Below are positions 25,610 through 34,232 of a stretch of 38,276 bases of DNA, piece by piece. The first letter of the stretch is position 1; every line of letters starts with the position of its first letter. A program made the position numbers and the translations under genes. Origin of the DNA: an uncultured Candidatus Saccharibacteria bacterium (lineage in GTDB: Bacteria; Patescibacteriota; Minisyncoccia; Phycocordibacterales; UBA918); the NCBI GenBank assembly GCA_964351645.1, contig CAYGOP010000002.1:1-38276 (forward strand), given 5' to 3'. Below the pieces are notes generated by a model that was not told the origin of the DNA, made no database searches, and saw nothing but the letters and a program-made list of their open reading frames with translations.

Positions 25610-26176
25610 TCACCCTTTTTTATACAGGGAAAGCTTCATGCGGTTTTCGGCAACGCGCATAAGGAGTCGAGCATTGAGCCCTTCAGAAGCTTCGCCCAAA
25701 CTGGAGGCAATCAGTGCCGAGTCATCAAGATACTTCCCAATGCGGGCCCGATTCCACATGGCTGGAAACGCCTTGAGGTTGGAAACCCGGTCGGCCAGTT
25801 TGACCGCTCGAATCATTCTCGGGGCCTTCTCCAGTCGAACGAGGTTTTCGGCTAGTTGCTCAGACTGAGGAACGTCATCGTTCTTAGTCAAGAACTGCAC
25901 CCCGATAGCAATCTCTGGCCCGAATGCTTTGAGAATATCCTTTTCAGAAACCGGACAATCCTCGACCACATCGTGCAAAATCGCAATGACGCTGGCTACC
26001 CTGATTTCGTCTTCAGACAAACCAGAGTAGTAGATGACCTCGTTGGCGACATCAATCGGGTGAAAGATGTACGGTATGAACTCATTTCCCTTCCTGACTT
26101 GGTCAGCGTGTGCATCAGTTGCAAACTTGATTGCTCGGTTGATAAGCGTATTGCGCCCTTTGATATATTGAGCCAT
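25610..26176 (-). CDS. Mesh1-like small alarmone hydrolase (RelA/SpoT HD domain only)
   Basis: AH..QVRKG..PYIFHP, AILHDVVED, FG..A..V..LT, VKLADRVSNL. Confidence 0.88.
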   Translation of the reverse strand: MAQYIKGRNTLINRAIKFATDAHADQVRKGNEFIPYIFHPIDVANEVIYYSGLSEDEIRVASVIAILHDVVEDCPVSEKDILKAFGPEIAIGVQFLTKNDDVPQSEQLAENLVRLEKAPRMIRAVKLADRVSNLKAFPAMWNRARIGKYLDDSALIASSLGEASEGLNARLLMRVAENRMKLSLYKKG

Positions 26177-26191
26177 GAGATTTCCTTTCTG

Positions 26192-26497
26192 TTATTCGCT
26201 AAGCACTGCTTTGATGTTTCCGCTGTGCCAGATGCCTTTTCCTTTAAACTCATTTCCTGAAAGGTTTTGAGCTTGTTGGAGAAGTGTTTGGTAGAGTTCT
26301 TCACTGACCTCCACTTCACTTTGATTTCGGTCTGGTGCAATGTACCAGTCTTGGACTGCGTCCGGCATTGATGCCCAGTACGCAGAGTTGAACTGTTCCA
26401 TATCTTCTCTGCTGAGATGCAGAGTATGTGACCAAGGTTTTTGACCCCAGCCTCTCTCGAATTCGGTCCAGCTTTGACGAATCACACGGCGTGTCAT
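26192..26497 (-). CDS. Hypothetical Trp-rich protein (W.E.ERGWG motif)
   Basis: 101-aa ORF with SD AAGGAG, ending 15 bp upstream of the Mesh1-like gene. Confidence 0.75.
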   Translation of the reverse strand: MTRRVIRQSWTEFERGWGQKPWSHTLHLSREDMEQFNSAYWASMPDAVQDWYIAPDRNQSEVEVSEELYQTLLQQAQNLSGNEFKGKGIWHSGNIKAVLSE

Positions 26498-26637
26498 TGC
26501 TCGCTCCTTTCTATAATGTGATGAACTTCTGCATTGAGTATGCTGTAGTATTAATATTTAGTCATTAATATATACATATTTTGTAATAAAAGTATAAATA
26601 TTAGTAATATAGTGATATAAATAAAGAACATTTAAAA

Positions 26638-26654
26638 TGTAATATTTACTTACA
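26638..26654. promoter_or_regulatory. Candidate TrmB autoregulatory operator
   Basis: TGTAA-N7-TTACA inverted repeat immediately before the ATG, in a very AT-rich region. Confidence 0.4.
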
Positions 26655-26655
26655 A

Positions 26656-27384
26656 ATGGACACATTCGAACTCATTCATCAAACAGGGCTGACAAAAAAA
26701 GAATCAGCGGTGTATGCATCGCTGATTGATAATGGTCAGCAGTCACTGTCTGATTTGCATCGCACCACTCAAATTAACCGCCCTGCCCTGTATGAAATAA
26801 TTCCTCGACTTGAGCGAAAAAAACTAGTAAGTAAAGTGAAAGTAAAAAACCGGTATCAGTACATTGCTGAATCTCCCCAACGGTTGCTAGAGGAATATAC
26901 TGAAAAAGTTACCAAACAAAAGAAAGGTTTGAGTGAATTAGCAGAACAGTTTGAAACGAGCGGAAACGAGCGACCAAGGGTGAAGTATTTTGAGGGTGAG
27001 CAGGGAATGGATTTTGTATTTGATGACGTAATTTATACATTGCCAGTTGGTGCCGAATTTTATCGATACTCAGCGCGACATGATGTAAGAACAAAACGGT
27101 TTGAAAATACCTACTATGCAAAAAACCGTGATAAAAGAAAAATTGAACGATTGGTTATTACCAGCGCCAGTAAAGCAAAAGGAAAAGCACCCAAGTTAGA
27201 ACGCTCAGTGCGAGCCATTCCAGAAGAATTTGATTTATTTGAGGATAATATTTCCTTGCTCATTTATGGTCCTAAGACTGCTTATATAGACTACAGTTCA
27301 AAAACTTCTTTTATTATTGAGTCAGACAAAATAGCCCGATTTCAGCATAAGTTATTTCGGTTGTTATGGAAGAAGCTGTCTTAA
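26656..27384 (+). CDS. TrmB-family transcriptional regulator
   Basis: GLTKKESAVY wHTH, INRPALYEII..L..K.LV, AESP, VKYFEG, IYGPK..IIES. Confidence 0.88.
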   Translation: MDTFELIHQTGLTKKESAVYASLIDNGQQSLSDLHRTTQINRPALYEIIPRLERKKLVSKVKVKNRYQYIAESPQRLLEEYTEKVTKQKKGLSELAEQFETSGNERPRVKYFEGEQGMDFVFDDVIYTLPVGAEFYRYSARHDVRTKRFENTYYAKNRDKRKIERLVITSASKAKGKAPKLERSVRAIPEEFDLFEDNISLLIYGPKTAYIDYSSKTSFIIESDKIARFQHKLFRLLWKKLS

Positions 27385-27402
27385 AGAAGTGAATTACAAA
27401 AA

Positions 27403-27440
27403 CAAAAGGTCCGCGAGACTTTCGTCTCGCGGACCTTTTG
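27403..27440. terminator. Bidirectional terminator
   Basis: CAAAAGGTCCGCGAGAC-TTTC-GTCTCGCGGACCTTTTG. Confidence 0.9.
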
Positions 27441-27456
27441 TTTTTTGTTGCGTAGA

Positions 27457-27708
27457 TTACGCAGCAGCTTCGTCTTCTGAAGCGTCGTCAGCTGCAGGTG
27501 TTGCAGCTCCGTCAGCCTTTTGTACATTTGCGGCAGCAGGACCTTTTGGACCTTCTTCCATTTCAAATGTCACCATGTCTCCCTCGTTTAGACTATCGAA
27601 ATCGATGTCTACGAGTGCTGAAGCGTGGAAGAATACATCCTTGTCTCCATCAACTGGCTTGATAAATCCGTAACCTTCGTCACGCTTTCGTACGATTGAA
27701 CCTTTCAT
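27457..27708 (-). CDS. Cold-shock domain protein
   Basis: GYGFI (RNP1), DVFFHAS (RNP2), GPKGPAAANV, acidic Ala-rich tail. Confidence 0.93.
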   Translation of the reverse strand: MKGSIVRKRDEGYGFIKPVDGDKDVFFHASALVDIDFDSLNEGDMVTFEMEEGPKGPAAANVQKADGAATPAADDASEDEAAA

Positions 27709-27843
27709 GATTTTTTTCTTTGCTACTTATAACTACAAAACTTCACTTCACTTGACCTTCACGGTGATTGAGGAGCTCGTTTCGTTGCATGCATTAAAGC
27801 ACACTCATATATAAATACAAGTTTGTTTTCTCAACAAAAAGAA

Positions 27844-27870
27844 AGGCACGCATGAAGTGTATGCGTGCCT
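27844..27870 (-). terminator. Terminator after the small cationic peptide gene
   Basis: AGGCACGCAT-N7-ATGCGTGCCT followed by TTCTTTTT on the minus strand. Confidence 0.85.
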
Positions 27871-27874
27871 ACGG

Positions 27875-28066
27875 CTATTTGAATTGGTCGGCTGCCACCT
27901 TGAAAAAGTTAGCAATGATTTTAAGAAATGGTCTGAGAACTTTCTTTATCATTTTTTTCCAGATTTTGTTCACCTGGGAAAAGCCTTTTCCTTGGGCGAA
28001 TACCAGCGCGATACCAAGAGAAAGAAGGTACGCGGCAGCGGCCAACTGAACGAGCTGAATGAGCAT
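27875..28066 (-). CDS. 63-aa membrane peptide: TM helix plus cationic amphipathic helix
   Basis: SD AGGAGG, own promoter and terminator. MLIQLVQLAAAAYLLSLGIALVFAQGKGFSQVNKIWKKMIKKVLRPFLKIIANFFKVAADQFK. Confidence 0.75.
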   Translation of the reverse strand: MLIQLVQLAAAAYLLSLGIALVFAQGKGFSQVNKIWKKMIKKVLRPFLKIIANFFKVAADQFK

Positions 28067-28087
28067 GAGTCCTCCTGTGCTATTAAT

Positions 28088-28116
28088 ATTATAGCACAAT
28101 AATTTAAATAAATCAA
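28088..28116 (-). promoter_or_regulatory. Near-consensus sigma70 promoter
   Basis: TTGATT-17-TATAAT with an extended -10 TG. Confidence 0.75.
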
Positions 28117-28189
28117 TATTAGAAACAATTTCTACTCAGAATATGTGTGATATATTCACGAAAGAAATTGTAACTAAAAAGGAACCACT

Positions 28190-28705
28190 ATGTTGCACAC
28201 ACAGTACTTCACTGTTTCGCAGTTGATGCGCTTACAGCGCGCAACTACGTACGAACAGTTAGCTGAGATTGCCCTTTCTCAGCTTCGCATAATGAACGAA
28301 CATTCTCTTACCCGACCAGGCATTGTTTGTGGTCCTATTTCAAACGGTGGTTTGGGTAGCAAAGAGCTCAACATCGCTCACTTTGAGATGGTGGTCAATG
28401 AGTTTGTGGCTCGAAAGCATGGCAATTTCTTCAGCCAGATTCCATTTGAGGAAGCTCTCTGGAGAGTCCAAGCTCTGCTGGCTGAGAGCGACAAAACAGT
28501 CTATCCCAAAGGTGCAGGTAACCCACTTCTGGAAGGATTCTATCGTCCTATTTTTGAGTCGGGCCTGATTGGTTCTATGTACTTTATCAAAGGGTGGGAA
28601 TCCTCTGATGGCGCTCGGTGGGAGCATGCGCTAGCGATACTGCTTGGTATTTCCATTTTCTACCTTGATGAAAAACTGGCTATTACCCCTCGTTCTCGCT
28701 TGTAA
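28190..28705 (+). CDS. Nucleoside deoxyribosyltransferase-like fold protein (DUF4406/DUF1937-like)
   Basis: VCGPIS N-terminal strand and MYFIKGWESSDGARWEHALA..LG C-terminal motif. SD AAGGA. Confidence 0.65.
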   Translation: MLHTQYFTVSQLMRLQRATTYEQLAEIALSQLRIMNEHSLTRPGIVCGPISNGGLGSKELNIAHFEMVVNEFVARKHGNFFSQIPFEEALWRVQALLAESDKTVYPKGAGNPLLEGFYRPIFESGLIGSMYFIKGWESSDGARWEHALAILLGISIFYLDEKLAITPRSRL

Positions 28706-28712
28706 ATTGAAA

Positions 28713-28741
28713 ACGGGCGCATATTTTTAATATGCGCCCGT
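28713..28741. terminator. Bidirectional terminator
   Basis: ACGGGCGCATATT-TTT-AATATGCGCCCGT. Confidence 0.85.
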
Positions 28742-28751
28742 ATTTGTTTGA

Positions 28752-29057
28752 CTAGTTGTCTACCGGTCTCAGATAATCTGGTCTTTTTGGTTTATTTACC
28801 GGTAGTGGGTCAATGTACGGCGTCCAGTCAGCAATCACTTCTGCATCAATATGTAGGACGGCAGGAGGACCCGTCATTCTCCATCCAGCCTCATATTCTT
28901 CAGTAGTTTCAAATGCGTCACAGATGACACTCGCTGCCTCATGTTTACTGATAGCATTCTTCACTATTTGCAACATGGGTTGAAAGTCCCACGTTTCATC
29001 CTCCTCGTCTTCGTTAATCAGTCTGGTCAGCGACCAGCTAACGGCAAATACTCCCAT
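28752..29057 (-). CDS. Hypothetical acidic protein (101 aa)
   Basis: Start MGVFAVSW with SD AAGGAG. Promoter TTGACG-17-TACATT at 29082-29110. Confidence 0.65.
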   Translation of the reverse strand: MGVFAVSWSLTRLINEDEEDETWDFQPMLQIVKNAISKHEAASVICDAFETTEEYEAGWRMTGPPAVLHIDAEVIADWTPYIDPLPVNKPKRPDYLRPVDN

Positions 29058-29110
29058 AACGTGCTCCTTCTGCTGTTTCGTAATGTACCCATCGCCGGAG
29101 ATGTCGTCAA

Positions 29111-29141
29111 GCAAAAGCCCTGCGACTCGCAGGGCTTTTGC
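29111..29141. terminator. Terminator of the iaaA-ASCH-M3-MBL operon
   Basis: GCAAAAGCCCTGCGA-C-TCGCAGGGCTTTTGC. Confidence 0.85.
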
Positions 29142-29783
29142 TTAAAAGTCTTTTGTTTCGTTGTCGACAAGTGGAATAAATTCAATTCCTTTCTCTTTCA
29201 GTTGCCCGGCGAATAACCCGTGCGTTAAAGCAATGCCAGGTTCACTCAGCACCGCATCATGAACAGGGAAAGCTCGCTTGGGGTTTACTGCGTATGCGTA
29301 TTTGATTGCGTCAGCGGCTTTGCACCACGGACCAGCTACTGGTAAGGCAAGTATATCAACCTCTTTTTTTGGTTCCGTGTACGCATCTCCGGGATAGAAG
29401 AGGGTTCCAGCAATAAAATAACCAGTATTTTGTACTTGCCCATACTCACCAATGATTTCAGCATGTGTACCATCGAAAGCTTCCAAGGCAATACCATCTT
29501 TTTCAGTCTGACTTTTTCCTTCGAGGATTTCAAATGCTACACCTAGCTCGGCCAAGATTTCCCCGACACTGGTGTTGGTCACCACCTCTGCTTCTGGATT
29601 ATTCTTCAAAATAGCCTGCAGTGACTCACTATGTAGGTGGTCTGCGTGTTCGTGAGTAATGAGAATAATATCGATATCAGTTACTGTATTTTGAGAAGTA
29701 CTAAACCGACCAGGGTCCGTGAGGATTCTTTTTCCGTCTACTTCAATAAGTAAACAACATTGTCCAAATTTTGTGATTTTCAT
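29142..29783 (-). CDS. Metallo-beta-lactamase-fold hydrolase (UlaG-like)
   Basis: ILTDPG, ITHEHADH, YPGD, FPVHD. Confidence 0.88.
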   Translation of the reverse strand: MKITKFGQCCLLIEVDGKRILTDPGRFSTSQNTVTDIDIILITHEHADHLHSESLQAILKNNPEAEVVTNTSVGEILAELGVAFEILEGKSQTEKDGIALEAFDGTHAEIIGEYGQVQNTGYFIAGTLFYPGDAYTEPKKEVDILALPVAGPWCKAADAIKYAYAVNPKRAFPVHDAVLSEPGIALTHGLFAGQLKEKGIEFIPLVDNETKDF

Positions 29784-29784
29784 A

Positions 29785-31596
29785 TTAACTTGTTTGTTTT
29801 ACTACCCATTTACTATACGTGTCTGCCATCTGCTCAAAACTGTGTTGGTTGGTGGTAATTTTTTTGGTGCCGTGCACCATGGTTATGTGAGCTTGAAGAT
29901 TAATTGGTTTGTTCGAAATACGTTTTTTTTCTAAAAAGGCAATTCGTTTTTTGGCTCGATTGATAACTTTTTCAGGCGGAAGGTTAATCTCTTGAATAAT
30001 TGCCTTACTCGATAGTTTTTTCCCAGTCGCTTCTTTTACCGATTCTTTAAAGTTCTTACTACTTCCCCATTTCCAAGTTACTGCCATTTCTTTTCCGATA
30101 TTCTTATTGTCTACAATCGAACCGTATTTCTGGTAGAAGTACTCTCTCCATTGTGCGAGCGCAACTTCAGCCAGTCCGTATCCGTGATATGCACATGAAC
30201 TTTCCCAGGAATAAATATGTGGAATTTGTAATGCCCAAAGTGAATCTCCATCTTGGTCAAAAAAACGACGATAGTTTTTCTTGGCAAGTTTTATAATGTT
30301 CTCTGCAGTGGGCTTTTTAAGTTCGTATACTTCACGTTCAAATTGACACACAAAGACAATGCCGAGGATTCTGGTTGGCTTTAGTAGATTTAGAGCTTTT
30401 TCTTTGCGCGCAAATAGTTCAAAAGGATAGGCTTCTCCTTGGGTATTTTTTGCATAACGTACTTTCCACTCCGGGCTGGCAAATAGCGTGTCGATGAACA
30501 TACTATGTGTTTCTGCCCACGCTGCAGTCATGGGAGCATATTCGTGATTCAGACAGACTTCTTTTTGCGTAGTATTGAGCAGGTGTGCCGCATGCCCGCC
30601 TTCATGAAAGAGCGTATTGTAGCCAGTAAATCCTGAGCCAACTTGGTCTGGCACAACAGTACACGTAAAGTTTGCTGATGCTGGCAGTCTCTTCCCTTTC
30701 TCATACCGCACTAACTCTGGCCAGTGGCAGAATCCATTATTGTACTTTCCTGCCCGGTCGAGTAAATCGAGTTTCAGGCTTCCGCCTTGGAATTGAATGC
30801 CAAGCTCAGAAAATGACCTACCCCACCGCTGGACTGCTTGGTCAAACTGAAAATACGGATCCTCTTCCTTAGTGAAGTCACCGGTCATTTTATAGGCAAA
30901 ATTCCAGGGTTTTCGCAGGCCAGGGATTTGTTTCGCAAGCGTGCGGATTTTGGCGAAATGTCCAGTTGTTTTTTGAGCTATGTCATCAAATAACGAAAAG
31001 AGCTCGTCTTTGGTCATTTTGTCTTCGTGTTGGAGCTTGTAATCGTAAAAATCCGTATAGCCAAGCAGTTGAGCAAATTGATTTCGAAGCGTAACCAGCT
31101 CGACATACTCTTTAATATTGGAAAGAGCGAGTTTTTCAGTTGCGTCAAAACAGGCTTTGCGAATCTTTTTGTCTTCATGGGTGCGCATAAGAGTGCGCAT
31201 CTTCAATACGGAAGCTGGGACGAACTGCTTACTCTTCGGGTCAATATATCCTTCTTTTTGGACAGCTCGCTTCTGTTGGATAGTTGATTCAAGGGAGTCG
31301 ATAGTGCTTTTAAGCTTCTTTGCTTCAGCTGGCATTTGGTACTGTTCAAAAAAACGAACCCACACCAGTAAGCGATTTCTTAGATTTTGGTTTTTTGCAG
31401 TGCTGAATAATTCTTTTGTCTGCGCCAATAACGTTTCACTGCTTCGAAATGCGTCGAGTTTTGCTTGGGCTGAATCTTTTTCTTTGGAGACGGATTTGTT
31501 TCCCATGTAAGAATCCCAGAATAAAGATTCATAACGGGTGTGAAGTGTTGCATAGTCGTGGTTGAGTTTTTCAAGAAAAGCAGTAGCAGTGGGCAT
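29785..31596 (-). CDS. M3-family (gluzincin) metallopeptidase
   Basis: RNQFAQLLGY, R.GKY.NGF, TLFHEGGHAAH, AETHSMF, H.Y..Y. Confidence 0.85.
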   Translation of the reverse strand: MPTATAFLEKLNHDYATLHTRYESLFWDSYMGNKSVSKEKDSAQAKLDAFRSSETLLAQTKELFSTAKNQNLRNRLLVWVRFFEQYQMPAEAKKLKSTIDSLESTIQQKRAVQKEGYIDPKSKQFVPASVLKMRTLMRTHEDKKIRKACFDATEKLALSNIKEYVELVTLRNQFAQLLGYTDFYDYKLQHEDKMTKDELFSLFDDIAQKTTGHFAKIRTLAKQIPGLRKPWNFAYKMTGDFTKEEDPYFQFDQAVQRWGRSFSELGIQFQGGSLKLDLLDRAGKYNNGFCHWPELVRYEKGKRLPASANFTCTVVPDQVGSGFTGYNTLFHEGGHAAHLLNTTQKEVCLNHEYAPMTAAWAETHSMFIDTLFASPEWKVRYAKNTQGEAYPFELFARKEKALNLLKPTRILGIVFVCQFEREVYELKKPTAENIIKLAKKNYRRFFDQDGDSLWALQIPHIYSWESSCAYHGYGLAEVALAQWREYFYQKYGSIVDNKNIGKEMAVTWKWGSSKNFKESVKEATGKKLSSKAIIQEINLPPEKVINRAKKRIAFLEKKRISNKPINLQAHITMVHGTKKITTNQHSFEQMADTYSKWVVKQTS

Positions 31597-31597
31597 T

Positions 31598-31921
31598 TTA
31601 TCTAAAAGTAAAATGAATAATCTTCACTTCTGTGTTGGAGCCAACCGTTTGCCCGTAATACGATTGATAGGTGTTATACATTTCTTCTTCTGAGTCGAAT
31701 CGTTCGTGTCCCTCCCAGTCCGATTCTTCCAGTGTACCAAGAGTTTTGATTTTCAGGTTAGTGATTTTTCCAGTTCCGAATACTTCTTTTGTTTGCTTGT
31801 TCACAAATTCAATACTGTCACCCACAGTAAGGTTTTTGTCGTCAAATAGTCGCCAAGTGGCTGTTTTTTCACCAGCCAAGATTTGCTCGCATAAGTGAGG
31901 TTTAAATTTTATGGTTTTCAT
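31598..31921 (-). CDS. ASCH-domain protein
   Basis: ILAGEKTATWR, L.VGD, EGH, Y.SYYG..V.I.F. Confidence 0.85.
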   Translation of the reverse strand: MKTIKFKPHLCEQILAGEKTATWRLFDDKNLTVGDSIEFVNKQTKEVFGTGKITNLKIKTLGTLEESDWEGHERFDSEEEMYNTYQSYYGQTVGSNTEVKIIHFTFR

Positions 31922-31925
31922 ACGG

Positions 31926-32828
31926 CTAAAAAACTAAGGTTGGTTCAGTAGACTCTGTCACAAACCCACCTAGAATTACCGGCGTGCTGTGTGCGAAGCC
32001 AACTTTTCCGTTTGCATCAACTACAATTAATCCACCCAGACCTTTCACTTTTTTTACTAAGAAGTCGATGCCAACATCAGCAGCTTTTTGTGCATCAATC
32101 TCGTTGTATCGCATCCATTCAGCAGCGTGCTTTGAAATAGTGGTGCGGATAAACTGTTCGCCATACCCAGTAGCTGAAATAGCACATAGTCCATTTTCGG
32201 CAAATACACCTGCTCCAACAATTGGTGAGTCACCAACTCGGCCAAATTTTTTGTTAACAATTCCCCCCGTAGAAGTAGCGGCCGCCAAGTTCCCTTCGTT
32301 ATCTAAAACTACTGCCCCAACGGTTCCAAGCTTTTCTTCTTTAGTATCGCTGTGATCAAGCACAATCTTCCCTTCTTTCTTGGCCTCTTCTAGTTGTTTT
32401 GCTCGAGTCTCAGTCACAAAGTATTCGTTTGGTTCAAAACTCACCCCTACTTCATTCGCGAATTCACGCACACCTTCTCCAATTAACATCACATGCGGAC
32501 TATTTGTAATTACTTTCCGAGCCAAAGAAATTGGATTTTTAATCCCTTGGGCAGCTGCAATCGCTCCTGCTTCCAAGTCTCGACCATCCATTATAGCCGC
32601 GTCACATTCAACGATTCCTTTCGCATTAAGCACTCCACCTTTTCCAGCATTAAAAATAGGGTCGTCTTCGAGTTTGTTTACTGCCGTTTCGGCCAGATCC
32701 ATAGCGCTAAGGCCAGTTTCAGCTAAAACTTTTAATTCACTTAAGATACGAGTAATACTGGCTTGGTATGCAGACACGTCGTCGAGCGCTCCCGCTCCTC
32801 CGTGAATAGCAATGGAATATGTGTTCAT
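31926..32828 (-). CDS. iaaA: Isoaspartyl peptidase/L-asparaginase (Ntn hydrolase)
   Basis: IAIHGGAG, LEDDPIFNAG, DAAIMDG, GTVGAV (nucleophile Thr), AATSTGG, GRVGDSP, SATGYGE. Confidence 0.93.
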   Translation of the reverse strand: MNTYSIAIHGGAGALDDVSAYQASITRILSELKVLAETGLSAMDLAETAVNKLEDDPIFNAGKGGVLNAKGIVECDAAIMDGRDLEAGAIAAAQGIKNPISLARKVITNSPHVMLIGEGVREFANEVGVSFEPNEYFVTETRAKQLEEAKKEGKIVLDHSDTKEEKLGTVGAVVLDNEGNLAAATSTGGIVNKKFGRVGDSPIVGAGVFAENGLCAISATGYGEQFIRTTISKHAAEWMRYNEIDAQKAADVGIDFLVKKVKGLGGLIVVDANGKVGFAHSTPVILGGFVTESTEPTLVF

Positions 32829-32861
32829 CTCCCTATAGTACACAAATATATGTATATATGA

Positions 32862-32890
32862 AAAGAGCGGCCACTAGTGTGGCCGCTCTT
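32862..32890. terminator. Terminator after the ATP-grasp gene
   Basis: AAAGAGCGGCCA-N6-TGGCCGCTCTTT. Confidence 0.85.
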
Positions 32891-32905
32891 TGGGTTGGTG
32901 CTGTT

Positions 32906-34063
32906 TCAGCAGTACCGTTTTCTGAAAGTGCTCAGGAGAGACTCTCGTTGTTCGGGTGTTCCGATAACGAGCAAGCCGAGCTTGTGGGCAACAACGGTTC
33001 CCCAGTTGATGATGACGATACCAGTGCCATGACTCGGATTGTATTCCCAGTCACCAGCATTTCGGAACAAAAAGTCAAAGTTGGCGTGGCGTGGTTTTAC
33101 GTACTGCCCTTCCCACGCTTTGGCTTTCAGACGCTCAGCCGGATGGCTGTAGTAGCTGGCACCATTCCACCGAGGGTTGGTTTCAATAAACAGTGCCCCG
33201 CGAGTTGGGGCTACCGCCACATCGTAAGCCCAGGTGCGTTTCATTCCTCGTTCAAACATGGCAACAGCCAGCTTATCAGCCAGTGGTTGGACGACATCAA
33301 CATCAATTCCAGCGGGAAAGATGTTTCCGTTGTGTACATTTCCGTCCAGTTTTTGCAAGGTGAGCGGTCCATGATGGCGGTCTCCCCCAACTTCCGTGTA
33401 TTGGATGTTGTAGAAGCCAGTTTCCGGAGGCAAGCCTTCTTGAATTTGGAAAGCGTCAGGCATTTTGCTGATTGCTGCCTTGAGTTCTTCGTCATTTTCA
33501 CAACGAATTACGTGCATGCCAGAAGCCGAAACTGCTGCTTTGACATACACTGGGAATCCTTTGCCTGGCAGTGCCCCATCGTATTCAGCATATGCTCCTG
33601 CTGAATTAAAAAGAACGGTGCCGGGTGTCGGGACCCCCATCAGGTGACAAAACTCGATGAATTTGTTTTTGTTGTTCAAATCATCGGCCAGCCGAGCGAA
33701 TGGCTCGTCAGGTGCTACTGCATGAGCAGCCGCACCAAAGTGAAAAGCATCCATTTCATGTTCAGGATACTTAAGCGCAACTTCCCAGTCTTCGTCAAAC
33801 ACGAACTGATCAGCCACTTTAAGACCAATACGTTCGTAGTGAGCAATGATTTTGTCGAGCAAGCGCCTGTCAGCAAGAGCTGGCGGCATCATGATGATGT
33901 CACCAGGATAGCTTGACGCAAGCACCCGGGCGCCATACATATCGACTCCAGGTACGCCGTTCAGCAAGTCGCCTGGATATGCGTCCAAAACATTGTGACG
34001 CATCAATTTTTGTGGGCGACCACGATACGCTTCGTTCCCACCAGGGATTGGATAGGCTGCCAT
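32906..34063 (-). CDS. ATP-grasp carboxylate-amine ligase
   Basis: LNNK..F, PVYVKAAVSASG..V, FQIQE, AYDV, FIETNPRWNGAS. Start MAAYPIP with SD AGGAG. Promoter TTGACG-16-TATATT upstream. Confidence 0.85.
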   Translation of the reverse strand: MAAYPIPGGNEAYRGRPQKLMRHNVLDAYPGDLLNGVPGVDMYGARVLASSYPGDIIMMPPALADRRLLDKIIAHYERIGLKVADQFVFDEDWEVALKYPEHEMDAFHFGAAAHAVAPDEPFARLADDLNNKNKFIEFCHLMGVPTPGTVLFNSAGAYAEYDGALPGKGFPVYVKAAVSASGMHVIRCENDEELKAAISKMPDAFQIQEGLPPETGFYNIQYTEVGGDRHHGPLTLQKLDGNVHNGNIFPAGIDVDVVQPLADKLAVAMFERGMKRTWAYDVAVAPTRGALFIETNPRWNGASYYSHPAERLKAKAWEGQYVKPRHANFDFLFRNAGDWEYNPSHGTGIVIINWGTVVAHKLGLLVIGTPEQRESLLSTFRKRYC

Positions 34064-34201
34064 AGGATAATTCTCCTGTTTGTGTGAAAGATCTACAGGT
34101 CGTCTTCGTGTGAAGTCCTGCTGCTCGCGAATTATAGGTTTGTGACCAGTAGCTCGCTTATGGCTAAATATAGAGATATTTCTCCAAACGTCAATATAAA
34201 A

Positions 34202-34226
34202 AGGTCGCGTATAACTGCGCGACCCT
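34202..34226 (-). terminator. Terminator after the HAD nucleotidase
   Basis: GGTCGCG stem with a T-tract on the minus strand. Confidence 0.7.
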
Positions 34227-34232
34227 GTGATG

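Noticed and set aside
26530-26655. Very AT-rich tract as a DNA unwinding element or dif site
   Set aside because: Explained by divergent promoters for the TrmB gene and the Mesh1 unit. No DnaA boxes or dif consensus were seen.
32819-33604. 261-aa plus-strand ORF
   Set aside because: Antisense shadow of the ATP-grasp gene that runs through a terminator and has no motifs. The same reasoning applies to the other short antisense ORFs in the track.
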